From Octopus sinensis (lineage: Eukaryota): DNA of 64,000 nucleotides. Positions 39,244 through 54,042 of this stretch are shown one piece after another. Positions within the stretch are counted from its first letter, which is position 1; each line of letters starts with the position of its first letter. The position numbers and the translations under genes were made by a program. The stretch covers positions 173,662,001 through 173,726,000 of the forward strand of contig NC_042997.1 in assembly GCF_006345805.1 (NCBI RefSeq), given 5' to 3'. Below the pieces are notes generated by a model. That model was not told the DNA's origin, ran no database searches, and saw nothing but the letters and a program-made list of their open reading frames with translations.

Positions 39244-39729
39244 GTAGAGAAGGAGGGGAGAGAAAGAAATATTGGAATAGAAAGAAATCAAGACGAAGAG
39301 AGCAAATGACAGGCAACAATCCGATGAGGGAGTTAGTAAGAGCAAGAATGAGAGAAAAAAAAAAACTTGAGAGAGGTGTGAGCAAGGAAGTCAGTGATTT
39401 TGTTTTTTGTTTCATTTCTGGTGCAACTTTCCCTACTGGCTAAATCTTGTCAAGCCGTCATGTAGTTAGGAAGTACTCTCTTGGACACATTGTCAACTTT
39501 GCTGTGAGTGATATCAGTGAGAATTTTCTCAGGCAAGTTATCACACGCTGGTTTTTCTTGGAGCGTTTATTATTTGTATTTGTACATTGGTGCTAACTTT
39601 GTTACTTTGAGAAACTATTCTTATAGAGAAAAGTATGTGAACTGACTGATCAATGAAAGAATAAGAAACAAAAGTGAGATGCATATATATGTAATGTTAC
39701 AAACAACGGTCATAGAAAGTAGTAAGTTA

Positions 39730-40125
39730 TTTCTTTTTTTCTATTCTAGGCACAAGGCCCGAAATTTTTGGGGAGGAGGGCAGTCGATTAGATCGACCCC
39801 AGTGCGCAACTGGGATTTAATTTATCGACCCCGAAAAGATGAAAAGCGAAGTCGAACTCGGCGAAATTTGAGCTCAGAACGTAAAGACAGGCGAAATACC
39901 TATTTCTTCATTACCCACAAGGGGCTAAACATAGAGGGGACAAACAAGGGCAGACATAGGTATTAAGTCCATTACCAGTGCGTAACTGGTACTTAATTTA
40001 TCGACCCCGAAAGGATGAAAGGCAAAGTCGACCTCGGCAGAATTTGGAATCAGAACGTAACGGCAGATGAAATACGGCTACGCATTTCGCCCGGCGTGCT
40101 AACGTTTCTGCCAGCTCGCCGTCAA
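39730..40125 (-). mobile_element. SINE family B dimer
   Basis: Same internal junction as at 7790 and 12380. Confidence 0.85.
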
Positions 40126-40339
40126 AGTAGTTAGTTATTATTTAACAAAATATTCGTGAACGAAAATACTGATGCATGGTTATAGCTTATCCTGTGAATA
40201 GGGAACTTGAGGAAGAATTGGCTATCGTTTCTAGCAGATCCAGCATCACGTATAATGCAATTCATTTTGTTGCTACTCTGAGCTTCGAACGACAAAGCTT
40301 ATTATCAGCTTCGAACGAATAAATTTTATTACATGGAAG

Positions 40340-40578
40340 GTGGCATGGCTTTGTGGTAAGTAAGCTCGCTTTGTAACTACGTGGTTTCGAGTCCAACCCC
40401 ACTGTGCGGCACTTTGGGCAATCGTCTTTTACTACAGCTTCGGACGACCAATGATTTGTGGAGGAATTTCGTAAACGGAAACTGTGTGGAAGACCATCTT
40501 ATATATGCTTGTGAATGTGTGTGTGCGTGTGTGTGTGTGCTTGTATATATGTGTATCTTTGCGGAAGACCAATTTATG

Positions 40579-40609
<31 letters not shown>

Positions 40610-40820
40610 TGTGTGTGTGTGTGTGTGTGTGGATGGTTTAGTTAGTTTACCTCAGCATCACTTGACAAGCAGTGGTTGGTTTGCTTGCATCTTTGTAACT
40701 TAGCTATTTGGCGAAACAGGCCGATGAAATAAATACCAGACTGTTTTTAAAAAAAACATTAGGGTCGATCTTTTCAACTAAAACCCATCAAGGCGGTGCC
40801 TGAGCATGGCTAAAATCCAA
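40340..40820 (+). mobile_element. Old diverged SINE family A copy
   Basis: Recognisable arms around an expanded (TG)n tract. Confidence 0.7.
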
Positions 40821-43800
40821 TGACTGAATCAAGTATATAGTTAAAGATAAAAAAATACATACCTCCAGCCATTAGTATTTATACGAAACTGAGACTCCAC
40901 TAAGTCACTATTTTAATTTTTCTCGTCTCTGTTCTCCAAAGCGATAGAAATTCATCTCATCATTTTCGAATCAACATATATTTTTTATTCCAATACTTGA
41001 TTCAGTGTGACTTTGCATGTAATTTATAGCATCTGTTGGTGTGTGCTAGGCATCACCTATGATTCTATACAAACGATGTTAAGTGTCAGCAGATTTTAGC
41101 TGTTATGATTTTAGCAGATTTTAGCTCCAGCTTTAACGAAACAGAGCTACAAAGTGTTTGTTCTTGGTCAGTTTTGCAGCTAGGCAATGACTACCATTAC
41201 AGAAATTGCCGATTTATGAGCTAGTTCTACCCAAAATCAGTACGCCTATGATATTATACTGTTTATAATTGAAAGCACTTTAAAAGATGCTCGTTCTCGC
41301 TCTTACATCTGTGTGGCTTCTGAAATGTTTCATATGGACATTATATTATTCAACGAGGCAGAACAGGTAGCTTTTCATCCTTTGGCATAATCGATGCAAC
41401 TTAGTCAACGGATCAGAATATATTGTTGCATTGATTCTTTCCTATTCTATTAGAATAATGAAGGAGAGTTTCATTTTCTCTGGATCTGAAGGAGTTAATA
41501 TGGTGTGTTATAGAATTATGCATTTCCCCCGTGCTAATCATCCAATGTTGATATATATACAAATAACATCACGGAAAACTTAGTTGCGTGTGCCCGTGGT
41601 AATGCATGTAATGTTTACTGTACAAACGATGAAAAATACCTAAATTACAAAATAAACCAAAATCATACCCTCATCAGCTTTCTAACTACGGAAACTCAGT
41701 TTCGATACGTTAAGATAGAACTGCTACCTTAGTGGTACCAATAAACAATTGAATAAATCGTTGGAGATGTGATACAAAAGCAGGTAAAGCAAATAAAGGT
41801 GTCTTAGTTAAGTGTGACACAGAAGACAACTGATTAGGACGAGAGAACTGAAAACATAGATCAATTAACGATGAAATTTAATTAAATAAAACGCAGACCT
41901 TTTTCAAAAAATAAGATAGATAGACAAAACAACACGATATAATACTTTAACAAGATTGGACTTTTTTATTCTTGGTATTTTGTTGAAGATTTTTCACGAA
42001 TTCCATCATTAACAAAGGTGCTCGTTCCGGTTCTCTAGGTTACAGGGTGGGAGACTAATCCGTGACCTGGTTTAATTCACCACCTGGCCATTGGGCGCTT
42101 AAAGTAGAGGTCACTCTGCTGCAAGTATTCGAGTCAGGTTTCCGATTTGTAAATAACTTCCTTCATACCTTCAGCCCTGGAGGCCCATGATATGTATAAA
42201 GTCATAGCACAGATATTCTTATTCCTTCTCTGAGGATATGGTGACAAAAAATAATGTAACTTATAACTTATCGTCAGAAAACATTTGACGAAAAATGAAA
42301 TATTTCTTAAAATTTTTGTGCGTAACATTTGCATTAATGGTTTTTCCCATTAATATTACAGACAGAGAACGCAACGAACTGGTACAACTGTTAGCACACC
42401 GGCAAAATGCTTAGCGGCATTTCGTCCGTCTTTACGTTCTGCTTTAGTTAAAGTAGATAGTCCATTGTAAAAAAAAAAAAAAGCTATGTTAGGTATTTTG
42501 AGCAAGGTAACTTGTTGGAAAATCTTATCTTGAGTCTGCGTCAGCTATACAAAGAAAGAAAGGGAAAAGAGAGCACAGATAACAACTGGCATTATGTAAC
42601 CTAAACAGCACCAGAAATTAGCTGTTGGCTCTTTGCCCAGTAGACTAGACCATAGAAGTGTTTAATTGACTCAGTTACCATGAAAATTGAGCAATCGAAA
42701 GGAAAGGAATGAAAATTACCTAAAATTAAAAATGAACTAGCAAAATAAAAAAAAAAGAGGAAAAATAAGCAGCTGTATAGTGGTTGTCATATTTTTTATG
42801 ATACTTAAGCACACAGCTATATCATCGCACAAATTAAAGGTATATAATTACAGGTACAATCCGTTCTGGGTCGGGGAATACTTCAATTAACATCGACCCT
42901 AACTTATTCCTTTTGTTGAAACTCGAAATGGTGAAAAGTTGAGTCGACCGCAGCAAAATTCGAACTCAAAACACGAAGACAGACGAAATTCCGCGATGTG
43001 GTTTGCCCGGCGTACTAACGATTCTGTCAGCTCGCCACCTTCTCCGTCCCTAATATTCTTTTCTACTATAGGCACAAGCCCTGAAATTTTGGTGGGAAGA
43101 GGAAAGTCAATTACACCAATGCTAGTGTCTTACTGGTCGTCGACCCAGAAAGGATAAAAGCGAAGTCGACCTCGGCTGAATTTCAGAACGTAAAGACGGA
43201 CGAAATGCCGCTAAGCATTTTGCCGGTGTGCTAACAGTTGTACCAGTTCATTGCGTTCTCTGTCTGTAATATTAATTTTAAATTTTGGCACAAGGCCAGC
43301 AATTTCTGGGAAGCGGAGAAGTAAGTTACATCGACCCCGGGACCCAGCTGGTACTTATTTTATCAACTCCCTAAAGGAAGAAGGGCAAAGTCAACCTCAA
43401 CAGTATTTGAACTCAGAACTCGCAGACCGACGAAACACCACTAAGCACTTTACCCTGCATGCTAACGATTCTGCTAGTTTGCCGCCTTTCACCGCCCGTA
43501 ATATTGAAAAGTTTGCAAGTACACATACGTATGTTCTTTTGTTCTTGTTTATCTCTTCTTAATTGAGCTTATTCTATTTAATCACGGATTTTTTCTTAAT
43601 AGAAAAGCAATAGTACTTTACCTCACACAGTCCTCTGAATATACACACAATATTAGAATTATATGCTTGAACACACAGTTCTCCTGGATTGCATTGCAAG
43701 TTTCAGGTGAATGCATCATGTTAAAAACAAGTTAAAAATTAGGGTTTAAAACAGCAGGCAAGTCAAAGCTCTTGCACGCAAGATGGAGTATTTCCGCCTC

Positions 43801-43939
43801 TGGAATTCGTTCCACTCTAGGTACTTGTTAGTTAATTAGTAACTATTGTTGTTGCAACTGTTGTTGTTATTTAGGATACAAGGCATCTAACCATGTCCAT
43901 TCAATCATATATATATATATTATATATATATATATACAT

Positions 43940-44107
43940 ACGTGGCTGTATGGTAAGAAGCTTGCTTCCCAACAAAATGGTTCTGGGTTCAATCCTACTG
44001 CGTGGCACCTTGTGCAAGTGGGTTCTATTATAGCCTCGAGCCGACCAAAGCCTTGTAAGTGGATTTGGTTGGCGGAAACTGAAAGAAGCCCGTCGTATGT
44101 ATATATA

Positions 44108-44110
<3 letters not shown>
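43940..44110 (+). mobile_element. SINE family A left arm only
   Basis: Head through GAAAGAAGCCCGTCGTAT, followed by microsatellite with no right arm. Confidence 0.75.
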
Positions 44111-44146
<36 letters not shown>

Positions 44147-44215
44147 AATATGCATGTATGAATGTGAATATTACACACACACACAAACACGCACACGAAC
44201 ACACACACACGCACG

Positions 44216-44247
<32 letters not shown>

Positions 44248-44857
44248 CATGCGTTCGATTGCTAATGAATGCCTTCAGTTATCTGTGCATATGTTATTTT
44301 TGCTATTCTTATTAATCTTGTTTAGTGCTAGATCGACACTGATTCACTAGATATTTGATCGATCGCATCCCACTCGTGATAATCCCATCGTATTTTTAGA
44401 CAAGACATGCATCAAGATTATTATCCAAATTGAATATCATTCTTTTCTTTCTTTTTTTTTTTTTTTAGACAATAGGGTTAATCTGCAGTGAGTTTTGGGT
44501 TCTGTTTCTAGGCCTCTTATAGAGGTTTTTCCCTAGGTACTCGTCATGAATACGTGCTTACGAATATACGAATATATGTGTTTCGTTGTTAGAGAACATT
44601 TACGTGAGCGTATGCTTACATCTGAATGTGTATGTGTGTGTGTGTGTGTGTGTGTAAAATTTGAGGGTATACGTATGTGTTTGTGTTCACGTGTGATGGT
44701 GTAACTAATGATTACACTCAGTTCTATATAAATCGCTATGCGTGGATGCCTTTACTATTCTGTAACGATATCTGGGTATTCTTAGAGAGGTGTTCATCAG
44801 TATATATATGTGTGTATATGTGTGAGTGTGTGTGTATGTATATACATACATGCATAT

Positions 44858-44904
<47 letters not shown>

Positions 44905-45169
44905 CATATATATGTACATACATATATATACATATATGTACATACATACATCATACATACCTATATATATATTTATATACATATATATATATACATATAT
45001 ATATATATGCACACATATATATACACATACATATACATATATACATACATATATTTATACATATATATACATATTATATACATGCATATATAAACATACA
45101 TATACACACACATATATATACATTCATATATATTTGTATGTATGTATGTATGTATGTATAAATGTGTGT

Positions 45170-45221
<52 letters not shown>

Positions 45222-45781
45222 GGGGGTATGTGTGTATGTATAGATGCTTGGATATATTTTTCATCCATGTGCGTGCGTGCGTACCTTTGCGCGCGGGTGC
45301 GTGTGTATGTCTGCATGACTAACTTGAAAACACTCCTCGGCGGAAAAGAGGCCTTGCTCGTTCGAGCGTACTCTTTTCCCCTTATTCTGTATTTGCAGTC
45401 TTCTGGCCGTTGTTCGTTATCTCGTCTATCAGGAAACCTAGCGCTGACACAGACATGATAACAACAATTTTCGGTCATCAACACACGCACATAACCACTT
45501 CCAGGATTGCACACACGCATCTATATACAGTAATTCATTTATTTCATTACGCATTAGTACTTGTTTACACATACGCACGCTTACGTATGCATACTTGCAT
45601 ACAATGACGTACACATTCGCACACATATAACACATGACACATACATATTTATCTATATGTGTATACACGCATACATATGCATATACACAAACATATATAC
45701 ACGCACGCACATAGACACACAGACAGATACACACATATATACATACATATAATGAATGTGTGTGAGTTGACATCCAGTGAA

Positions 45782-46005
<224 letters not shown>

Positions 46006-46826
46006 ATACATGTGAGTGTATCGAGTATGTACATGTATATACATATACATACACACATATACAAATGTTCAATACATACATGCATACATACATACATACA
46101 TACATACATACATACATACATACATACATACATACATACATACACTCACACAAGCATTCACGTGTGCGGTTGTATGTTTGCGTAGAACCATATGTATTTA
46201 CTCACACATACACACACGCAACCGGACGTATCCTCGAAGATATAATATTACATACACATCGGTTATATACTGCTAACACTTTACACCCAGAAACACTTCT
46301 GTAAGCAATAGGTGTCGCATTTAGCAAACACGTGACTTATAGCCTAGCGTTTATTGAAAATTGTCAAGGTGCGTCCATTTCTGGTCACTGCGTGGACATC
46401 GAATCAAAATTTTCATATTAATAGTAAAAAGTGGGGGCGGTATAACGTCGATCCTAGTGTCGCCAGCGCTATTGCCTGTGTATCATTAAAACAAGCCAGG
46501 AATATTTTCCCTCTGGTTGTTGAGCCGAGCTCAATCGAGCAATGCAATCGTCGCTTTTGAAAATCTAACCATTTTGATACGGCGTAAAAGCTAACTAATC
46601 GTTGAATGGTGTCGGTGGCGGCGGTGATGGCAGCGGTGGTGGTACTGCTGGTGCTAGTGTTGGAGTGGTGTTGGGTAACAGTGGAATAAGTTATAAGTTG
46701 TTGTAGGTGGTGATGGTGGCGGTAGTGGTGGTGATGGTTTTGGTAGTTGTGGTGATAGTGGTGGTGATGATGTTGGCAGTGATGGTAGAGGTATAGTTAT
46801 GGTGATGATGTTCGTGTTCGTATTGT

Positions 46827-46859
<33 letters not shown>

Positions 46860-47551
46860 AGGTAGTGGCGGTGGCGATCAAAATACGAGTAAAAAGAGAA
46901 AGAGATATAGGGAAATGGAGAAATAAAATGAAGATAGAATGCAAATAAATAGTAAGAGTTTCTTGGAGATTCTGTGAATAATTAAAGCGAAGCAAAGCAG
47001 CGAGAAACACAGTGAAGGATGAGAAATGAAAGGAAGAGTGGAAGAGAAGGAACGATAGATAGATAGATAGATAGATCGATAAAGAGAAAGAGAGGGGGGC
47101 GATTATGTAGACAAACCGTGTTTTCTCTTTATTCGATAATCTTCGACACTGATTAATTGGTTGTTTATGGTGTCTTCTCATAAATGCCGGGTGTTTTATG
47201 GCTGTGCTGACTTTCGGAGAAATGAATTAGATGTTACTCTTCCAGTGTCATATTCATATCTTTCTGAAATAATTATCCTCATTGCGAAAGCGAACGTTGA
47301 TTTTTCTTTTATTTGTTCATCGACGCCATCTTTCTTGTTGATGACCTCGCCGCGTCGTCGTGTCGCAGTGAAAGTAAACCGAAAGTTTTGATTACTTCCA
47401 TAACTCATATAATTCGAACCAAGTTAAATATTTAAGGCGAACAACAAAAAGAGATTATAACCCTCGAAAATTTTCAAGTAAAGAAGAAAATATTAAAAAT
47501 AAGTGCTTTAATATAGATATGAACATTAAGGAACGATAAAAGCTGTGGAGA

Positions 47552-47556
47552 ATGAA

Positions 47557-47591
<35 letters not shown>

Positions 47592-47795
47592 AGAAAAAGA
47601 AAAAGAATAAGAAGAAAAAGAAAAAGAATAAGAAGAAAAAAAAGAAGAAGAAGAAGAAAAGAAGAAGAAGAAGAAGAAGAAGAAAAGAAGAAGAAGAAGA
47701 AGAAGAAGAAGAAGAAGAAGAAGAAGAAGAAGAAGATGATGATAATGATGATGAGGAGGAGGAGGTGGAGAAGGAGGATGGTAGTGGTGGTGATA
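47552..47795. repeat. (AAG)n purine-rich trinucleotide tract
   Basis: Read directly; source of the poly-K/R/E pseudo-ORF. Confidence 0.95.
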
Positions 47796-48133
47796 AGTTT
47801 ATGTGTATTTAATGATTCAGGTAATATTTTTAGAGTAAGAGGTGAAGAAAAAGGTCGAGGGATATAGGTAGAGTGGTGGGCTAAATGTTTTGAGAGTATT
47901 TAGTTTCTTCCCTTTAGGGTATGAGTTCAAATCCTGCTGAAATTGATTTTTTTAAAAACTTTCATCTTTACTGATATAGTGATTTCAGAATAATCTCATT
48001 TCAGCTTACCTCTTAGTAAGATTCTAACTGAATTAAAAGGAAAATGGAAAAAATATATATTGAAACATCGGTTTCAGATTACCCCTACGGTGGCTACTGG
48101 AAGCTGATTTCATATGCTCCCTAACTATATATA

Positions 48134-49391
48134 CAGAGATTGGACAAAATAATGGAAACACCTAGCATCATAGCATCATAATTTTGAAATATCTATAAAA
48201 TTGTCAAAAGCTTGTTTATTTTTATGTTTTTTTTATTCATTATTAGTGTTGCTTAATGTGTTTTGTTAAAATTGCTGTTTCTTTTCAGATATCATCAGAA
48301 AAAGGTAATTAAAATTCATTAAAATGACAGATCTTTCGGATTGTTGGTGCTCGTATAGCAGGTGCTAGCGTAACGGAAACAGCCGAAGTGTTCGGTGTAT
48401 CAGCAAGTACTGTCTCGAAAGTTATAACAGCCTTTGAGAAAGTGGGAAAAGCCTCCTCTTCGAAACAAATCTCCGGAAGAAAACCAAAACTTTCAGATAG
48501 GGACCGTCGGACTCTTACGCGAATTGTTAGAAAAGATCACAAAAGTACAGCTCCCAAAATTACTGCAGAACTTAATGTCCACCTCGAGAACCCAGTTTCC
48601 ACAAAAACTGTTCGCCGGGAGCTGCACAAAGCCAGATTTCACGGGAGGGCTGCAATATGAAAACTACTATTTTCAAAACAAACGTTGCAAGCGTTTAGAG
48701 TGGAGTAAAAACCTACAGATTTGGTTCCTAGAGCAGTGGAAGAATATAATTTTCTCGGGCGAGTCATACTTTACTTTATTTCCGACCACCGGCCGAGTAG
48801 ACGTGTGAAGACAGCCAAAAGAAGCATTTGACCCAGACTGCCTACTTCCAACTCTTAAACACAGAGGCGGATCTGTAATGATCGGGGGCGGGGCTATATC
48901 TTGGAAATTCGCTGACCAATGGTTTCCCTTCTTGACAGAATTAATAACCAAGGCTATCTAAGCATTTTATCTGATCAAATTCATCATGTGGTTGCGGAAC
49001 TGCTTCTGGGGAGAAACGCAATCTTTCAGGATGATAACGTACCAATTCACACAGCTAAAGTTGTTACTAAATGGCACGAGGAACATTCTAGTGAAGTTGA
49101 ACATCTTATCTGGCCACCACAGTCTCCAGATTTCAATATTATTGAACGTTTATGGTGCATTTTAGAAAAAAACAAGTAAGGAGTCGGTATCCTCCATCAT
49201 CATCACCACAAGAACTGGAAACTGTTTTAGCTGAAGAATGGACAAAAATTCTTTTGGAAACAATTCAAACTTTGTATGAGTTCATACCTCGTAGAATTCA
49301 AGCTGTAATTACTGCCAAAGGCCGTCCTACTCCATATTAAAATAAATTTGTTTGAAATTTTAAGGTTTTTCCATTACTTTGCCCAATCTTG
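48134..49391 (+). mobile_element. Full-length Tc1/mariner-superfamily DNA transposon, about 1.26 kb, ~28-bp TIRs, TA TSD
   Basis: TA|CAGAGATTGGACAAAATAATGGAAACAC ... GTTTTTCCATTACTTTGCCCAATCTTG|TA. Confidence 0.92.
48324..49340 (+). pseudogene. Frameshifted Tc1-type transposase (HTH plus DD36E catalytic domain; first D mutated to G)
   Basis: MTDLS..GASVTETAEVFGVS; LSDRDRRTLTRIVRK..VSTKTVRRELH; WKNIIFSGES; FQDDNVPIH..WPPQSPDFNIIERLW; IPRRIQAVITAKGRPTPY*. Split over four frames, with an internal stop. Confidence 0.92.
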
Positions 49392-50304
49392 TATATTGGC
49401 TTCTAAAGGTTGGGAATGAAGACTAGTCTATTTATTTTTCTTTAGTACTTAATTCATCGACCCCTAATGATGAAAATGGTTTATTCTATTAATGACCTGT
49501 GTTTGTATTTGGCATTCTTTTTGGGGGTGGGGGTTGTTTCCCATATTCATATAAGAATCAATCTGAGTGACCTGATCTTTGTAATTTTGTTAATTAGATT
49601 TTACTAAAGTTCTGTATGGAGAGGTTAATGTCGCTTTATATTTCACGTCTCTCCTCAATTTAATTAACTTTACTAATAATTGTTTCTAATTTAATGTATG
49701 GCCAGATATTTTATGAGAGGAGTTAGTCGATTACATCAACTTGTGTACTTGACTAGTACTTTACTTTATTATGACTACCGACGTCGCTTCTGTTAAAATC
49801 CACCTCGTTATGATCTTACTAAAGATTTATGCCCCGATCGCCTTCCTTGCGTGGGAAATCTAATTTGTCTATATTTTCAATGACATTGACAATTGCAGTA
49901 ACAACACAAAGTAGTTTCAGAGTTCTTACATCCATCTTATTTCCAATTGAGACGATCAAATTCGGCAACCATGTTAGACATCACAAACGTACGAGCGATA
50001 TGCTTGTAGTCTGAGAACTGTGATGATCTTATTTTGTATACTTCTTTTGAGATATTCATTTATTATTTCTCACTCCTTCCCTGTTAATACCACCATCATA
50101 GCCTGACATTCTCATCTTTTCCATGATACTTGCATTTCTAGACTTTCTACAATGTTTTAATTTTTAAATATAAAAGTAACTGGAGATTAAGTCACAAACG
50201 CATTGTACGTATTCAAAAGTATTTCACCCTCAGTAGTACCACCATATATACACATTGGGATTCAATACATTTCATTTCAGTGTCTGTATAATACTGAGCC
50301 TTTC

Positions 50305-50351
50305 AGTCATATTAAAAGGTTATTAGATAATAATAACCTTTTAATATGACT
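50305..50351. repeat. Perfect 21-bp inverted repeat, 5-nt loop
   Basis: AGTCATATTAAAAGGTTATTA-GATAA-TAATAACCTTTTAATATGACT. Confidence 0.95.
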
Positions 50352-50462
50352 AGTTCTCAGTTCATACAGCAATAGGTTATCCACAAAAATAAGATAAGAG
50401 AAATTTTTGCATTAACGGTATCCATTTCTATAATGATAATGTTTTGTGAGTACATTTTGTGA

Positions 50463-50790
50463 GGCGCAGGAGTGGCTGTGTGGTAAGTAGCTTGTTTACC
50501 AACCACATGGTTCCGGGTTCAGTCTCACTGCATGGCACCTTGAGCAAGTGTCTTCTACTATAGCCTCGGGCCGACCAAAGCCTTGTGAGTGGATTTGGTA
50601 GACGGAAACTGAAAGAAGCCCGTCGTATATATGTACATATATGTATGTGCGTGTATGTTTGTGCGTCTGTGTTTGTCCCCCTAGCATTGCTTGACAACCG
50701 ATGCTGGTGTGTTTATGTCCCCGTCACTTAGCGAGTTGCTCGATTAAAGGCGTGCTCCAGCATGGCCGCATTCAAAAATGACTGAAACAT
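50463..50790 (+). mobile_element. SINE family A copy with a deletion in the right arm
   Basis: Lacks the CGGCAAAAGAGACC...GGGGTC segment. Confidence 0.85.
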
Positions 50791-51399
50791 TTGATAATGG
50801 AATTCACGAGAGAATAAAGACTAACACTGACCAACTATCACCCTCCTGGCTGCATTTTTGGTAATGTAATATATGGAATTTGATAAATGTATTCGTGTGT
50901 CTCGAAAAAGACCTATTGATTAGTAGACGCTAAATAACAGTTGCTAGTTGTACAAGCATTTGGATAATTGTAAAACTGATAATTCACCCGTGCGGTGTAC
51001 TATCGAATGCTTCTTGAGAGTAAAGCCCTGCTAGATTCACGTTCTTCTGGTGCTTTGTTGAGTCTTCTTTGATAATTTTATGAATACATCGCAGTTCCAC
51101 ACGATACTGCACTTCTTTATTCTCCCTACTTGCTCGGGGGTTATGTTATTCTTTGTAGTCTAGGGCAATGATCTCGTGAGAGATTTACGTTCCTGGAGGA
51201 TATTTTTATGGATAATATTCTGGATGTCAATCAGTCGATAAATTTTAGGTTCACTGGACTTATTATTTAGTGAAATAGAAAGAGTAATAGGTAACAGCCT
51301 TATGGGCAGATGTGATGTACCATCCATGTTATTTCTGTTACTGAGTAATCAAATATCGGTGGTAAAAGGCGACATTTTTTGTAGCAATATTATCACGTT

Positions 51400-51850
51400 C
51401 TAAAGGCGGCGAGCTAGTAGAATCGTTACCGTGCCGGGGAAATGCTTAGGAATATTTCTTCCGTTCTGAGTTCAAACGCCGGCGAGGTCGACTTTGCTAT
51501 TCATCCTTTCAGGGTCGATTAGATAAGTACCAGATACGCACTGGGATCGATGTGATCGACTTAATCCCTTTGACTGTCCTTGTTTGCTCCCTCTATGTTT
51601 AGTCCCATGTGGGCAATATATAAATAAATATTAGCACGTCCTAAAAGCTGCGAACTGGCAGAATCGTTACTGCGCCGGGAAAAATGCTGAACAGTATTTC
51701 TTCCGTTGTGAGTTCAAACGCCGCCGTGGTCGACTTTGCCTTTCATACTTTCGGGGTCGATGGTATAAGTACCAGCTGAAAAGTGGTGACGATATAATCA
51801 ATTTATCCTCTCTCCGAACTTTTTGGCCTTGTGCCAAAATTTGAAATCAA
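51400..51850 (+). mobile_element. Two tandem SINE family B copies with different tails
   Basis: Heads at about 51406 and 51646. Confidence 0.8.
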
Positions 51851-53240
51851 TATTATTACGTTATAAGTGCTAGATATGAGAGTTTCCATTTTAACACTTT
51901 GTCTCAATATTTTCTCAGTACTATGTTATTTGTTTTATACAAGCGCACGACTCTAGTTTATTCATCTATTCAACTTGCTTGCTAAATTTATATCTTCCCT
52001 ATTTAGGCTTCCAGTACCTTTCAGCCATATAAATGAACGTCTTTTTTAGAAGTTATGCTCCATATCGAAGATGCGGCAGACTCATACAGAATTTTCTGTT
52101 TATAATAAACGTGTTGAGGCAAAACGTGGTGCCATATCCGAAAGATATAGCTGCACATTTTGTCTCAGCTCTCGGGGTTTATAATTCAATGTTTCCTTTT
52201 TGTCTCATCAAGCTATTTTTTTGTAAATTTTGTTTTCTTTTTTTCGCAAGTTTTGCATCAGCGATAGTATATCTAAAGTATCTTGGTAAAAATGAAATAT
52301 ATTTATAATTAAGAGCTCCCCTCCGTCTCAAGATTTCTATTGCAGAAATCCAAAAATGAAATCCATTGTAATACGTATACTTTCTAAGACGGTGAGCTAG
52401 TAGAACTGTTAGCATCCCGGGCAAAATGCTAAGTGGCATTTCGTCCGTCTTTACGTTCTAGGATCAAACTCCACCGAGATCGATTTCTCCTTCTATCTTT
52501 TCGGGGTACCAGCTGAATATATCCCCCGAAATTTCAGGACGTGACAGAATCTGAAAAAATATATATGTATATACATCGTGACTGGGTGACTGTAGTATTT
52601 TCCTGCTATTTCATTGTCTGCATGCAGTTCTAGCTGCAAAAAGAATTTTCGTATTACTCAACCTGCTTTTTGGTTATTATTTTGTTCAAATCAAATTAGG
52701 AACGACTTTGTCTTTCCACCTTAACAGCTCGGTGAAATAATATACCAGTCAAATCATGGGTCTGATGATAATCAATTATGATTTTTATCACAAATTCATC
52801 GCCTTTTACTTGTGTTGTATTTGTGTCAAAATATCGCAGACCGTTACTCAGAGGTTTATATTTCCAACTACCTGTTCGGTCAGACTTGTTTCATTTTTTG
52901 CTTAAAACCGTAAATCATATATCATTTCATTACGTTGGCAGCTTTGAAGATGGCGAGCAGGTAGAATCGTTATCACGTAGGAGAAAAAATTTTAGCGACA
53001 TTTCGTCCATCTTTACGTTGAGTTCAGATTCTGCCGAGACTGACTTTGCATTTCATCCTTTTCGGATCGATAAAAAAAACCAGTTGAACTGTGAGGTCGA
53101 TATAATCGGTTGGCCCCCTCCTCCAAAATTTCAGGCATTGTGCACACGGGCATGTATGTGTGTGTGCGTGCGTGTGCATGTGTGTGAGTGTGCGTGTGTT
53201 CCCTTCTAGTACCAAAAAATACTTTCGACAGATCAGGATC

Positions 53241-53304
53241 AATGTCCAGTCAGCCGTGCCAAATCGCCAATGTCCAGTCAGCCGTGCCAAATCGCCAATG
53301 TCCA
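53241..53304. repeat. 28-bp minisatellite, about 2.3 copies
   Basis: AATGTCCAGTCAGCCGTGCCAAATCGCC twice, plus a partial third copy. Confidence 0.9.
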
Positions 53305-53418
53305 AATAGCCAGGCCCAATCGGCGATTAGAATGATTATAATGTATACTTTACTTTCTTCTGAGTTTATAGCCACGATGGGGACAGATGCTTATATATTT
53401 AGCCATTGATATTTTGTC

Positions 53419-53729
53419 AACTTACTTTTTAATAATAATCCAACATAGAAAAGACGTGTTCGCATTTGAGTCTGCCGGAATGTGTACATTCCTCTTTAAT
53501 AACAATTTAATTTCAAACAGACGATGATATAGCTTCAAGGTTTCAGGTCGTGATTAAATAATTTACTTTTTAATTAATAACAATCCAACAGCGAAAAGTC
53601 ATGTCCACATTCAAGTCTGCCGAAACATGCTAAGAGTGGACACACACATCGCTCTTTAATAATAGTTTAATTTCGAATAGATGATGATATGGCTTCAAGG
53701 TTTCGGGATAAATTTGTCGTGGTTAAATA
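53419..53729. repeat. Diverged tandem duplication (~140-170-bp units)
   Basis: Shared TTACTTTT...CCAACA...GTCTGCCG...CTCTTTAATAA...GCTTCAAGGTTTC blocks. Confidence 0.8.
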
Positions 53730-53929
53730 TAACGTTATTTATAGTTTCAGATTACTTTTCTTTAAAACAATAGTTATTTCTAAATTTATATCTGAACATA
53801 CATAATTTGTTAACATACAATATCCGCGAAAATTTCACCAGTGTTGTCTGCCAAATTTCTATATGTATATATGCTGGAGAATACATATATGTACGTATAT
53901 ATATATATATGTAATGTATATATATTATA

Positions 53930-54042
<113 letters not shown>

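Noticed and set aside
47300-47370. CpG-rich patch with AAGATGGCG (YY1-like, ATG context) on the minus strand
   Set aside because: The frame stops after 6 codons and there is no other promoter evidence.
47552-47812. Poly-K/R/E 86-aa ORF
   Set aside because: It is a pure (AAG)n/(GAT)n/(GAG)n tract.
53241-53304. 28-bp repeats resembling CRISPR repeats
   Set aside because: Contiguous with no spacers, no cas genes, and in a eukaryotic context.
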